Shown here: positions 1-9,468 of the stretch, piece by piece
How the letters are laid out: the number at the start of each line of letters is the position of its first letter
Numbering within the stretch: position 1 is the first letter of the stretch
Origin: Candidatus Latescibacterota bacterium
Lineage (GTDB): Bacteria > Latescibacterota > UBA2968 > UBA8231
NCBI GenBank assembly: GCA_965203175.1
Contig: OZ241867.1
Location: forward strand, 1,824,001 to 1,888,000
Direction of reading: 5' to 3'
Length of the DNA stretch: 64,000 bases
The notes under the pieces: model-generated
What the model was told of the DNA's origin: nothing
Database searches by the model: none
What the model saw: only the letters and a program-made list of their open reading frames with translations
Program-made: the position numbers and the translations under genes

Positions 1-1515
1 CGGGCCGTCTGGACCGAATTCTACCCCTCCGGTATAGCGGAAGGAGGCGTTGGGGTCCGTGGCTTTGGTCAGGGTCAGCACGGCCGGGAACGTATAAGAG
101 GGAATGTAGATTATGCCTTTGTGGGGATCGACGGCGGCACCGGCCCAACTCGCTCCACCGATAATGCCGGGAACGAGGATCGTCCCCTTCTTGTCCATGC
201 TCTCCATGGTCTGCGCTACGTAGAGAGAGCCGTAGCTATAGTCGTCGGCGATGGTCTTGGCCATCTGGTGTAGGGTTGGCGTAAAGTCGATCAGATCGTC
301 CTCGGTCAGACCTTGTCGCTCGAAGGCGGCTGGCTTGCTGGGAATGGGTTGAGTGGGCGAGGATTTTTCGCCGGGAATGTCGGACTGCGGTACAGGTTTT
401 TCCTCGATAGGCCAGATCGGCTCACCCGTTTGGCGGTCGAAGACGAAGCAGAAGCCTTGTTTGGTGACTTGGGCCACGGCTTTGATTTCCCGGCCTCCGA
501 CATTGATGTCGACGAGGTTGGGCGCAGCCGGCAGATCGTAGTCCCACATCCCGTGGTGGGTGATCTGGAAGTGCCAGACGCGCTCGCCCGTAGCGGCATT
601 CAGGCAAACGAGGCTCTCGGCGAAGAGGTTGTCGCCGGGACGGTGCCCGCCGTAATAGTCGTTAGTCGGGGTGCTGACCGGCAAATAGACATAACCCAAT
701 TCGGGATCGGCACTCATTAGGGTCCAGACGTTGGTGTTGCCGGTGTTTTTCCACGAGCCGTCCTCCCAGGTCTCGTTGCCGAAGGCACCTTCCTGTGGGA
801 TGGTTTCAAAAACCCACTTCTGGGCACCAGTGCGCACATCGAAGCCGCGCACATCGCCTGGGGGCATGGTCTCGTCGGGCGGACGACCAACGGCAAAGGC
901 GTCGAGGACCACCGCGCCAACGACGGCGATGTCGCCGCAGATGACCGGCGGTGAAGTGACCGCATAGAGTTCGCGTTCGATTGGCCGGCGCAGGCCCTTG
1001 GTCAAATCGACGCGGCCGTTGTCACCAAAGCTCTGGATGGGGTGGCCGGTATCGGCGTTGAGGGCGATGAGATAGGCGTCGCCGGTGCCAAAGAGGATGC
1101 GACGGTCGTCGCCGTCCTCCCAATAGGAGACGCCCCGGTGGACTAGGCCGACGTTAGCTGGTGTGCCCGATCTCCAGGTGCCTGGGTCGTAGGTCCAGAT
1201 TGTTTTACCGCTCGTAGCGTCGAGTGCGACAACTAGGTTGAGCGAGGTGCTGACGTAGAGTCTGTCGCCGACTTGGAGCGGTGTGCCCTCAAAGACCATG
1301 GTCCAGATTTCTGGATGGGCGTCGAGGATGGACTGGTCGGCCGAGGCCCAAGTCCAGGCGATTTCTAGCTGGGCGAAATTGGTGGCATCGATTTGGTCGA
1401 AGGGGGCGTATTTGGTGCTGGCCGCCGTCGCGCCGTACGAGCGCCACTCGCCGGTGGAATCGGCCAGCAACGGTGAAGCGAATAGCGCGAGGGCAAGGAG
1501 CAGGGGACCCGTCAT
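1..1515 (-). CDS. PQQ-dependent (quinoprotein) glucose/quinate dehydrogenase family, 3' end outside window
   Basis: Manual translation from ATG at 1515 (AGGAG RBS): signal peptide MTGPLLLALALFASPLLA, then EWRSYG, FEGTPL, GDVRGFDVRTG, YYGGHRPGDNLFAESLV, WHFQITHHGMWDYDLPAAP. Absent from the ORF track because it has no stop in the window. Confidence 0.9.
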   Translation of the reverse strand, partial: MTGPLLLALALFASPLLADSTGEWRSYGATAASTKYAPFDQIDATNFAQLEIAWTWASADQSILDAHPEIWTMVFEGTPLQVGDRLYVSTSLNLVVALDATSGKTIWTYDPGTWRSGTPANVGLVHRGVSYWEDGDDRRILFGTGDAYLIALNADTGHPIQSFGDNGRVDLTKGLRRPIERELYAVTSPPVICGDIAVVGAVVLDAFAVGRPPDETMPPGDVRGFDVRTGAQKWVFETIPQEGAFGNETWEDGSWKNTGNTNVWTLMSADPELGYVYLPVSTPTNDYYGGHRPGDNLFAESLVCLNAATGERVWHFQITHHGMWDYDLPAAPNLVDINVGGREIKAVAQVTKQGFCFVFDRQTGEPIWPIEEKPVPQSDIPGEKSSPTQPIPSKPAAFERQGLTEDDLIDFTPTLHQMAKTIADDYSYGSLYVAQTMESMDKKGTILVPGIIGGASWAGAAVDPHKGIIYIPSYTFPAVLTLTKATDPNASFRYTGGVEFGPDGP

Positions 1516-1642
1516 GGCGTATCTCCTCGTGGATGGGGTATAGCGATAGTATAGAACTTTATGGACGAGGGCCGCCAGAGATTTGTCACGCCTAAAGGCG
1601 CGGTGAAGCAGACCGCTTCTCAGGGACAGAGCGGATCGGGCA

Positions 1643-2476
1643 TCAAGACCAGACGTAGATCTCGTCGTCGTCCGGAGACATGGCAAAGAAGATGGCCAGC
1701 ACCGCCCGGGGCTGACCGCCGACGACAGCGGGGACCTCGTGGATGTTTTCGGTAAAGAAAAAGTAGAGGTCACCGGGTTCGAGCTGTACCTGGACGCGCT
1801 CGATGCTCTCGCGGGCGACGTAAGCAGCGAATTCCTCGCGTCCCAGATGCTCTGTCAATTCGGGGCGAAAAGGACAGTTGTACAGATACGGCTCACCCGT
1901 GCCCCCTTCTTTGGTGCTATTCTGAAAGCAAAGCACCCCGGCGAACTGGTGTTTGAAGCGCGAAATCTGATATTCGAAAGCCTGGGTGCGCTTGGCGACG
2001 GAATCGTAGTGCGGGCCGTGGCCGACTTCCCGGTGATAGACGCGGAATATGGCCGGGCCGTAGAGGCGGCCGTCCGGCTCGCGTGCAGTCTTGACCTCTT
2101 TGCCAGGCACTAGCTGGGAAAGAGCGTCGTACATAGTGCGGACCGGATCGTCATAGCCGTCGAAGAGGGTCTCAAATAACGCCAGCGTCTCCGCGGAGTG
2201 GGCGTGGAACTTTTCGCGGTCGCTGCGGTGGTGGCCAAAACTAGTGCCAATATCGACGCGACGCGCTTGGCCGTCACCGACCTCGTGGGGGTCGTAGAGC
2301 AGGCTGCGCTCGTAGAAGCGCCGCATCAGCGCCCGGCAATGGGCGGGATTGTAGTGCTGGCGCAGCACAAAGGCCGGCACCTCGCCGCGCGCTAAGGCCA
2401 TCAGCGGCTCGGGGTACTGGTCGCGAATTTGCTCGATGGAAGCTTCGAAAGGAATCCAAGTTTGGGAGATTGTCAT
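1643..2476 (-). CDS. Putative 2OG-Fe(II)/non-heme iron oxygenase
   Basis: HYD...H facial-triad-like motif (GPHYDS; LEPGDLYFF..ENIHEV) and distal R (PRAVLAIFF); likely start MTISQ at 2476. Confidence 0.6.
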   Translation of the reverse strand: MTISQTWIPFEASIEQIRDQYPEPLMALARGEVPAFVLRQHYNPAHCRALMRRFYERSLLYDPHEVGDGQARRVDIGTSFGHHRSDREKFHAHSAETLALFETLFDGYDDPVRTMYDALSQLVPGKEVKTAREPDGRLYGPAIFRVYHREVGHGPHYDSVAKRTQAFEYQISRFKHQFAGVLCFQNSTKEGGTGEPYLYNCPFRPELTEHLGREEFAAYVARESIERVQVQLEPGDLYFFFTENIHEVPAVVGGQPRAVLAIFFAMSPDDDEIYVWS

Positions 2477-2630
2477 GGCGGGGAATTTAATATGCGTCGC
2501 GGGCTGAGTCCACACGGACTATTCGCGCGATACAAAGACATGCTCAAAAAGGTTGTAGCTGCCGATTGAAAAATTTACCATATCCCGCAAATGCGTTGTG
2601 GTGACTATCTGAAGTCCAGAGGCTTGTAAC

Positions 2631-3620
2631 GTGGAATATCGAAAATTGGGCACTGCGGATATCGAAGTATCGGCAATGGCGCTCGGCTGTTGGCCTTTCG
2701 CCGAGGGGACGGTCTGGGGCGAGCAGGATGAGGGTGAGTCGATTGCGACGGTGCACGCGGCGCTCGACGCGGGGATCAACTTCTTCGACACAGCGGAGGG
2801 CTATGAGGAGGGTCACTCCGAGCGCGTGCTCGGACGCGGTCTGGCCGGTCGGCGCCAGCAGGCGATCATCGCCAGCAAGGTAAGCCCGAATCACCTGACC
2901 TCGGAGGGCATCGCGGCCGCCTGCGAGCAGAGCTTAGAGAATTTGCAGACGGACTATATCGATCTCTACCAGATCCACTGGCCCAACCACGATATTCCAA
3001 TCGAGACATCTTGGCGCGCGTTAGAGGATCTGCTGGCCTCTGGAAAGGTGCGCGCCCTGGGGGTGGCGAACTTCGCCAGCAACGATCTGGCCGATCTGGT
3101 CGCGGTGGGTCAGCCAGCGGTGAATCAGTTGCCCTATAGTTTGCTGTGGCGAGCGATCGAATTCGAGGTCCTGGCGCGCTGCCGCGAGCGGGATATCGGG
3201 CTGATCTGTTACGCGCCGCTGGCACAGGGGCTGTTGACGGGAAGATACGCAACGGCGGACGAGGTGCCGGACGGGCTGGCGCGGACGCGGTGGTATGCGG
3301 GCAGTCGGCCGCTGGCCAAACACGGCGAGCCTGGCTGTGAAGAGGCCGTGTTTCACGCCATCGCGGGGATTCGCGATGTCAGCGAACGGATCGGCGCGTC
3401 GCTGGCGAGCGTGGCGCTGGCGTGGGTGCTCAAGCAGCGGGGGGTGACATCACTCTTGGTAGGGGCGCGAAATCTGGATGAACTCACACGCAACCTGCCG
3501 GTGCTGGCACTGAATTTGGACGCGGCGACAATGGCCGAACTGGAGCGGCTGACCGAGCCGGTTAAAGAAGCGATCGGGCGCAATCTGGATATGTGGTCTG
3601 CGGAGTCGCGAATGCGGTGA
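2631..3620 (+). CDS. Aldo/keto reductase
   Basis: GINFFDTAEGY, LQTDYIDLYQIHWP, GKVRALGVANF, YAPLAQGLLTG. Confidence 0.93.
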   Translation: MEYRKLGTADIEVSAMALGCWPFAEGTVWGEQDEGESIATVHAALDAGINFFDTAEGYEEGHSERVLGRGLAGRRQQAIIASKVSPNHLTSEGIAAACEQSLENLQTDYIDLYQIHWPNHDIPIETSWRALEDLLASGKVRALGVANFASNDLADLVAVGQPAVNQLPYSLLWRAIEFEVLARCRERDIGLICYAPLAQGLLTGRYATADEVPDGLARTRWYAGSRPLAKHGEPGCEEAVFHAIAGIRDVSERIGASLASVALAWVLKQRGVTSLLVGARNLDELTRNLPVLALNLDAATMAELERLTEPVKEAIGRNLDMWSAESRMR

Positions 3621-3673
3621 AGCGGGCGTCAGTATGCCAGCCCGATCAGACGCACGGCATTGTCCTCGCCGGT
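3606..3673 (+). repeat. 68-bp direct repeat, copy 1
   Basis: tcgcgaatgcggtgaagcgggcgtcagtatgccagcccgatcagacgcacggcattgtcctcgccggt matches 4965-5032 with one mismatch (3661 t vs 5020 c). Confidence 0.97.
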
Positions 3674-3683
3674 TGTTCACACT

Positions 3684-4856
3684 TCAGCCTGAGAATGGCG
3701 CGATTGCTTTACTGCGCAGATAATCGACGTTCATCTCAATTCCCAAGCCGGGACGGTTGGACAGATGTAGGCAGCCGTCTCTGACATCCAACGGATGGTC
3801 GATCAGCACATCATAAGCGTTGAGCTTGGCGCGACTGGTCTCTAATTTGTAGAAATTCGGGACTGTCATCATCGTATGCGCCCCAGCCAGCACGTTGATG
3901 GGACCGCTTGCATCGTGTGGCGAGATCGGCACGTAGTACGCCTCCGCCTGCGTCGCAATCTTCTTCAACTCTGAAATACCACCCGCCCACGTCACATCTG
4001 GCATGATATAGTCCGCGAGTTCATTTTCAAGGACTGGCACGAACTCATAGCGGGTCTGGAGCCGCTCACCGACACAGATTGGCACGCTGACGTTCTGTCT
4101 GACCTGCTTCAATGCGTGGTAGCTTTCAACGGGGACCGGCTCTTCAAACCATCCGATGTTGTAAGGTTCCAACCTTTTCGCGAGCCGAATCGCTGTTGCT
4201 ACATCAAACCGACCGTGACAGTCGATGAGAATTTGAATGTCAGGTCCGACCGCCTCTCGAATTGCAGCGATCACATTTGCGCCCTGTTCCTCTCCTGCGG
4301 CATCCATCTGCCCACTCAAATAGCCGTTGGCTTCTTCTGGATGGTGAGGGAACGGATCGGTTTTCAACGCGGTATGACCTGTTTCTGCAATCGCTTTGCA
4401 ATGCGCTGCCGTGCTCTCTGGATCTTTCTCACCCCCTGGATGTGTGTAAAGAGATATCGAGTCCCGAACGGGTCCCCCGCCAACCAGTTCATAGATTGGT
4501 AATCCCAACTGCTTACCGCGAATATCCCACAACGCGATATCAATAGCACTGACGATATTTGAGGTGGCACCTCGTGTCCCCATGTAGGTGAACGCTCGGA
4601 AAACCTTGTTCCATATCGTCTCGATGCGCGTTGCGTCGTCGCCTTCAATTAGACTGCTGGTTTGTTCAAGCATAGCACACACTGCTCTATTTGCGACCCG
4701 GCTGGTGCCGGTAATTTCGCCCCACCCTGTGATCCCTTCGTCTGTTGAGACTTGAACGAAGATATACTCTCGTTCTCTGTTGGGGCGGTCACCGGCGGTA
4801 TCTAGGTAAGGCGCTGGTGATTTAACGAGCCACGGTGTGATTCCAGTTATTTTCAT
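3684..4856 (-). CDS. Mandelate racemase/muconate lactonizing (enolase superfamily) dehydratase, DgoD-like
   Basis: SAIDIALWDIRGK, KTDP, LIDCHGRF, WFEEPV, VGERL, PHD; visibly more AT-rich codon usage than its neighbours. Confidence 0.9.
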   Translation of the reverse strand: MKITGITPWLVKSPAPYLDTAGDRPNREREYIFVQVSTDEGITGWGEITGTSRVANRAVCAMLEQTSSLIEGDDATRIETIWNKVFRAFTYMGTRGATSNIVSAIDIALWDIRGKQLGLPIYELVGGGPVRDSISLYTHPGGEKDPESTAAHCKAIAETGHTALKTDPFPHHPEEANGYLSGQMDAAGEEQGANVIAAIREAVGPDIQILIDCHGRFDVATAIRLAKRLEPYNIGWFEEPVPVESYHALKQVRQNVSVPICVGERLQTRYEFVPVLENELADYIMPDVTWAGGISELKKIATQAEAYYVPISPHDASGPINVLAGAHTMMTVPNFYKLETSRAKLNAYDVLIDHPLDVRDGCLHLSNRPGLGIEMNVDYLRSKAIAPFSG

Positions 4857-4964
4857 CGTTTAACCCTGTTTTCTAATGCCATTGGTTCATAAGAAGAAGC
4901 TACAAAGCCTCCGCGAATTAACGCGAATCTACGCAAAAAAAGAGAAAGACTAAAGATGGGCAAC

Positions 4965-5032
4965 TCGCGAATGCGGTGAAGCGGGCGTCAGTATGCCAGC
5001 CCGATCAGACGCACGGCATCGTCCTCGCCGGT
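4965..5032 (+). repeat. 68-bp direct repeat, copy 2
   Basis: Matches 3606-3673 and carries the true stop codon of CDS 4988-7351. Confidence 0.97.
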
Positions 5033-7351
5033 CTGAGCGCCCAGATCAATGCGGCAGAGGTAGATCCCCGGTGGCACGACCGCGCCCTGTAGATCAAATC
5101 CATTCCACAGATAAGACAGCAAACTGCCCGTCGATGACGGGCTCAGCCGCGCCACTTGGTGCCCGCTCAGGTCGAAGATCTCCACTTGCGGTGCGGACGC
5201 GGCGACCTTCAAGATGGCAAAGCGGATCGCGACCTGGTCGTTGATCCCGTCGCCATTGGGGGTGAAGACTAGTGGGTCTATCGCGAGGTCGTCGATGAGC
5301 CATCGGCTGCTAGTCAGTTCGGGCGAGAGCACGATATTGGCGCGACGGGTCATGGCCTCCACCGATTGCCACAGCCCCGGTCGCTCATTGGTGCCGAGGT
5401 CGAGGGCGAAGAGGGCGGCGTTTTGCAGGACGCGGGTAGTAAAGCTGACTTCGAGCGAGTCGGCGGCAATCACCTCTGGCAGGGCGATGAAGAGCGAGTC
5501 GCCCCGCGCTTCCACTCCTACGGGATCGATGGGTGCCGCTCCCGCGCTCACCTCGACGCCGGCCTCGAGATCGACCGGCCCGGGCAGGGTAAAGCGCAAG
5601 AGGTCGAAGCCGCTGTCTGCGGGCAGCGTGCGCGTCGCCAAGGCGTAGGTGAAGCGGGTGGCCTCGTTGGGGCGCACCTCGCGCGGCTCGATGCGTCCCA
5701 AGGCCTCCTGCACCAAAGCCTCTTCAAACTCGATCGCTAGCGAGTGGACCGTCGGTGCGAAATCGGGGTCGTCGGTGGCGAAGATCAGTTCCAATTGCAC
5801 AAAGCGGCGCGGACTTTCCGACTTGAAGGGATCACCCGAGGACTGGTACTCGCTGCTCCACGCACTCCAGTCTTCGCCCACCACCAAGGCGGTGTCGATG
5901 GGGCCTTTGAGAACCTTGGGAAGACTGTTGTATTTCTCCTCGGTGACCTCGTCCCCCTTCTTGTCGTAGAAGGTGTATTGCTCACTGAGCGCGTTGCCCG
6001 AGCGCGAGCGCAATTGGATGCGGGTGTGGGCGGGCAGCTCGGCGTCCCAGGAGAGTGCGTTGATGACCTTGGGGCGGCCGTCTGCAGAACCCAGATCGAT
6101 AAAGGCGGATCGCAGCACGACTTGGGCGGGATAGCCGGGTGAGAAGACCATGAACTCCCCCCATTTGGCCTGACCCCAGCCGCTGTCGGTGACGCCGTGC
6201 CAGAACAAATAGCGCATTTTGCGCGGTCTGAAGAGATAGCGGATATAGAACAGGCGGTCGGTGCCGGGGTTGAGGTGAGTGAGCAGTTCGGCGTAGTCGA
6301 AGGGCTCTGCTACCGGTAGGCCGCTGACTAGGGCGCGGGTGCCGTCCGAAAAGAGGATGGTGTGGCCGGGACCGGTGCCGCCGACGCCAAAGCCCAGGGT
6401 GCCCTCCTGCTGGCGCATCGAATAGATGAACATTTCGTCGACGAAAAACACCGCGCCCAAGTCGACTCCGAACCACACGCCGTTTTCCTTCCAACCCAGT
6501 TCGCCAACGCCTGAGGAAATGGAGTTGTTGGTGTTGAGATTAGCGTCGAACAGGTTGGCGGTGGCAGTGGCGCGAGCCCCGTCGGTGAAGGAGCCGCGCC
6601 GGTCGGTGCCGATGGCGATATTGTCCCCGATGCCGAAAACCTCGATTTCGGCGAGGGCCCCGTCCGCGCTCTGTTCCTCGGCCATGATACTGATGTACTG
6701 GATGAGCTGGTAGTGGTCGCGGCGATCCGGTTCTACTCGCAGGCCGGCGTCGATCACCAAGGTACTGTCGTTGCCGGGAAATCCGAGGGGTATGGCGATG
6801 GAGGTCGCCTCATTAGGTCGGGTGGTGCGATAGACCGAGCGGAAAAGAAAGACGTCTCGGGTGGCGACGATGCGCACACCAGTATTGACCAGCACGGTAA
6901 ACTGCCTGAGGGGACGGGCCCCTTCCCGGTTGGGAAAAATCAGGTGGATTTCGCGAGCGAGTACGGCGCGCCCTAGGTCGATGGTGATAAACCAGTCTTC
7001 GGGTGCCGCGCCGGGATCGGGCTGCCAGAAGGTCTCGGGATCGCCGTCGATGGCCAGCGCGGCCGTCTCCGGGCTGGAGCCCACTTCCCAGATGCCACCG
7101 AAAACCGAGTCGCCGCGCTCTTTGGTCTCGTGCGCGAATAGGTGAGCGTCCTGTACCGCGTTGATATCTTTGCGGAATTTGACCAGCTGTAACTGTCCCT
7201 CGGTCCCGACCTGTGTCAGGCCGAAGGGCTTTTCCCAGGTCGCCCATTCTGCGGCGCTATCGAAGACCAGTTGGTCGGCGCAGACCGGAACCGCGCACAG
7301 CAGTAAGGCGCAGATGGCGCAGATGGCAAGGTGCTTGCCCGACATAGCCAT
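4988..7351 (-). CDS. Large secreted protein with discoidin-like modules and C-terminal FlgD/gliding-motility-CTD-like domain
   Basis: Signal peptide; AIDGDPETFW..ITIDLG discoidin-type motif; C-terminal FTPNGDGIND...IFDLSG...WNGFD..G.VVPPGIYL. Confidence 0.75.
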   Translation of the reverse strand: MAMSGKHLAICAICALLLCAVPVCADQLVFDSAAEWATWEKPFGLTQVGTEGQLQLVKFRKDINAVQDAHLFAHETKERGDSVFGGIWEVGSSPETAALAIDGDPETFWQPDPGAAPEDWFITIDLGRAVLAREIHLIFPNREGARPLRQFTVLVNTGVRIVATRDVFLFRSVYRTTRPNEATSIAIPLGFPGNDSTLVIDAGLRVEPDRRDHYQLIQYISIMAEEQSADGALAEIEVFGIGDNIAIGTDRRGSFTDGARATATANLFDANLNTNNSISSGVGELGWKENGVWFGVDLGAVFFVDEMFIYSMRQQEGTLGFGVGGTGPGHTILFSDGTRALVSGLPVAEPFDYAELLTHLNPGTDRLFYIRYLFRPRKMRYLFWHGVTDSGWGQAKWGEFMVFSPGYPAQVVLRSAFIDLGSADGRPKVINALSWDAELPAHTRIQLRSRSGNALSEQYTFYDKKGDEVTEEKYNSLPKVLKGPIDTALVVGEDWSAWSSEYQSSGDPFKSESPRRFVQLELIFATDDPDFAPTVHSLAIEFEEALVQEALGRIEPREVRPNEATRFTYALATRTLPADSGFDLLRFTLPGPVDLEAGVEVSAGAAPIDPVGVEARGDSLFIALPEVIAADSLEVSFTTRVLQNAALFALDLGTNERPGLWQSVEAMTRRANIVLSPELTSSRWLIDDLAIDPLVFTPNGDGINDQVAIRFAILKVAASAPQVEIFDLSGHQVARLSPSSTGSLLSYLWNGFDLQGAVVPPGIYLCRIDLGAQTGEDDAVRLIGLAY

Positions 7352-7357
7352 TACCTC

Positions 7358-9409
7358 TTAGTAGGCGATACCCAAAGGGAGGATCTGTGCCGAGGTGGCA
7401 AATTCGGCATTGGGGGCGACACTCAGGAGGTAGACGCCGGGCGGTAGCAGTTCACCGCCCTCGTCGCGTCCGTCCCATTCTGTTTCCTGCGGGCCGGCGG
7501 CCTGATGCCCAGCGTCAATGCGGGCCAGTCTGCGTCCGTCGAGGGCGTAGATCTCCAGCGCAACTGGCACCAATTCGGGCAGGCGAAAAAGCGTGTAGTG
7601 GATCTGCAGGCGATCGTGGACGCCGTCGCCGTTGGGGGTCAGCACCGGGGTCGAGAAGCTCAGTTCCTGGACCGCGCTCGGGGTAGAGTCCGCCACCCCC
7701 AGCACGTGCAGGCTATTGGTCGACAGCGCTTGGCCGGCGTCGCCGCCGATGACCGGCTGTGGCAAGACCTCGCGCTCACTGTCGAAGACCTCGCCGGTAA
7801 ACGTGGTGGCAAAGGAGAATAGCGCGGTTGAGAAGAACAGGCGCAGCGGCGGGTTGTTGGCGCGGGTGACGCGGGTGGGCAGGAGGACGAGCAGGCCGTC
7901 TGCTGACTCGATAATCTCGGCGGGTGCGACTATTGCGAGCGGTTGGCCCATCTCCAAGCCGGCGAAGCGGGTACGGCTGCCCGTGCGGATGCGCAGCGCG
8001 TCAAAGCCAGGGGCGTCGACCTGAGAAAAATCGGCCCGCAGGTCGTAGACGAAGTCAGTCTCCTGCCCCAAGGCGACCTCGGTGAAACCGCGTGCCGGTT
8101 GTGGGTCGGAGCGCAGGGCGACCTCGCCGATAATGTCGCCAGCCAAAAGCGGAGCGGTTTCGATCCACAGCGAGTCGAGGCGGATGAAATCGTCGAAGGA
8201 CCGGCTTTCGAGCGCAATCCGCAATTGCAAATGAGAACCGCTGCGCAGATTGAGCGGCAGGCCCGGTTGGGTGAAGGGCACCGACCAGAAAGTCCAGTTC
8301 TCGTCGTCGTACCCGATGGAGGCGCGCAGGCCGGGGCGCGGCTCCAAGGTGACGATGGGTGACTCGAGGTTAGGGCGGAACTGGCGGGTGCGCAGTTGGT
8401 TTTCGTAGCGCTCGCGCGCGACGACGCGTTCAAAACCCGTCGCCATGTACTCGTGATAGACGGCGGGGTCCCCGTCGCGGCCGGTGCGCACCTCGATCTT
8501 GACTCCGACCGCGGCGTCGGGCGTCTCCACGGGCGCTCCGCCGACCATGCGCAAGGACGTGGTCCGCCAGAACAGCCGCCCGAAGTTCACCGATTGGCCG
8601 AGGTCGGTGATACTGGTTTTGTAGATGGCCTTGCGGGGCACGCCCTCGGCAAAGAGCTCGAACTCGGCAATGGTGCCGGGTGGGGCATCCCGGTATTGGC
8701 CGCGGACGAAGGAGGCGAGAAAGTCCTCGTCGAGAACCGAGACCTGCCGCCGATAGCGCACGAAGCGCACGTAGCGGCGAGGGAAGGGAATCGCGACGCG
8801 CGGTTCGAAATTCTCATCGACATCGGCGATGATATGTGAGAGAGGCTCCAGCGTGCCTTCGACGATGGGCCGCTCGGATTCGCTGGCGACCGACACGTCG
8901 TAGCCGGGAATTGCGTCGGTTTTGAGGGGCGTGCCGTCGGAGCGGAAGCCTTGGCTGGGGGTGGTAAAGCCGAAGGAGACGGCTGGCACGGCGACGGCCA
9001 GATCCATGGTGTAAACCTCGCGTTCGAGCGGCACGGCGCGGGGCGGGTAATAGGTGGCGTCGTCGCCGTCGATAAGCAGGCTGCCACTGGGGGCAGCTAG
9101 GCCGTCGCTCCACTTCCAAGTGCGCGGGGTCTCGCCGTCGACGTAGCCGAGGACGATATCGCTGGGGTCGCGCCAGAAAACCCAGTTGTCGAGGTGGGAA
9201 AAAACCGTTTTTTCAGGCGTCAGGTAGATGGGCTGGATGGAGCCGGGCGCGCTGACGAAGTCGATGAACAGACGCGTGGTGTCGCTTTCGCTCCACGACA
9301 GGCCAGCGCCGCCCAGCTTCCACGCCGAGATCTGGGCGGGGGCCGGCTGCGCTATCAGCACCAGCGCGAATAACAATACGCAACCGAATGAGGACTGCTT
9401 CAGAGCCAT
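7358..9409 (-). CDS. Large secreted protein with C-terminal FlgD/gliding-motility-CTD-like domain (distant paralog of 4988-7351)
   Basis: Signal peptide from MALKQ (9409); LTPNGDGVHD...IYALDG...WDGRDEGG.LLPPGVYL; ends GIAY. Confidence 0.75.
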   Translation of the reverse strand: MALKQSSFGCVLLFALVLIAQPAPAQISAWKLGGAGLSWSESDTTRLFIDFVSAPGSIQPIYLTPEKTVFSHLDNWVFWRDPSDIVLGYVDGETPRTWKWSDGLAAPSGSLLIDGDDATYYPPRAVPLEREVYTMDLAVAVPAVSFGFTTPSQGFRSDGTPLKTDAIPGYDVSVASESERPIVEGTLEPLSHIIADVDENFEPRVAIPFPRRYVRFVRYRRQVSVLDEDFLASFVRGQYRDAPPGTIAEFELFAEGVPRKAIYKTSITDLGQSVNFGRLFWRTTSLRMVGGAPVETPDAAVGVKIEVRTGRDGDPAVYHEYMATGFERVVARERYENQLRTRQFRPNLESPIVTLEPRPGLRASIGYDDENWTFWSVPFTQPGLPLNLRSGSHLQLRIALESRSFDDFIRLDSLWIETAPLLAGDIIGEVALRSDPQPARGFTEVALGQETDFVYDLRADFSQVDAPGFDALRIRTGSRTRFAGLEMGQPLAIVAPAEIIESADGLLVLLPTRVTRANNPPLRLFFSTALFSFATTFTGEVFDSEREVLPQPVIGGDAGQALSTNSLHVLGVADSTPSAVQELSFSTPVLTPNGDGVHDRLQIHYTLFRLPELVPVALEIYALDGRRLARIDAGHQAAGPQETEWDGRDEGGELLPPGVYLLSVAPNAEFATSAQILPLGIAY

Positions 9410-9468
9410 AGAGAATCTTTCAATACGCAACGCATAATAAATAATAATTATACGGCGCAAAGCGAATC

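Noticed and set aside
3606-5032. IS element, integron cassette or prophage att site as the explanation for the 68-bp repeat
   Set aside because: No transposase or integrase, no terminal inverted repeats, no attC-like palindrome, and the target is not a tRNA
9374-9431. caatacgcaac repeated at 9374 and 9421 near a gene start
   Set aside because: Only 11 bp with dissimilar flanks; too short to count as a duplication scar
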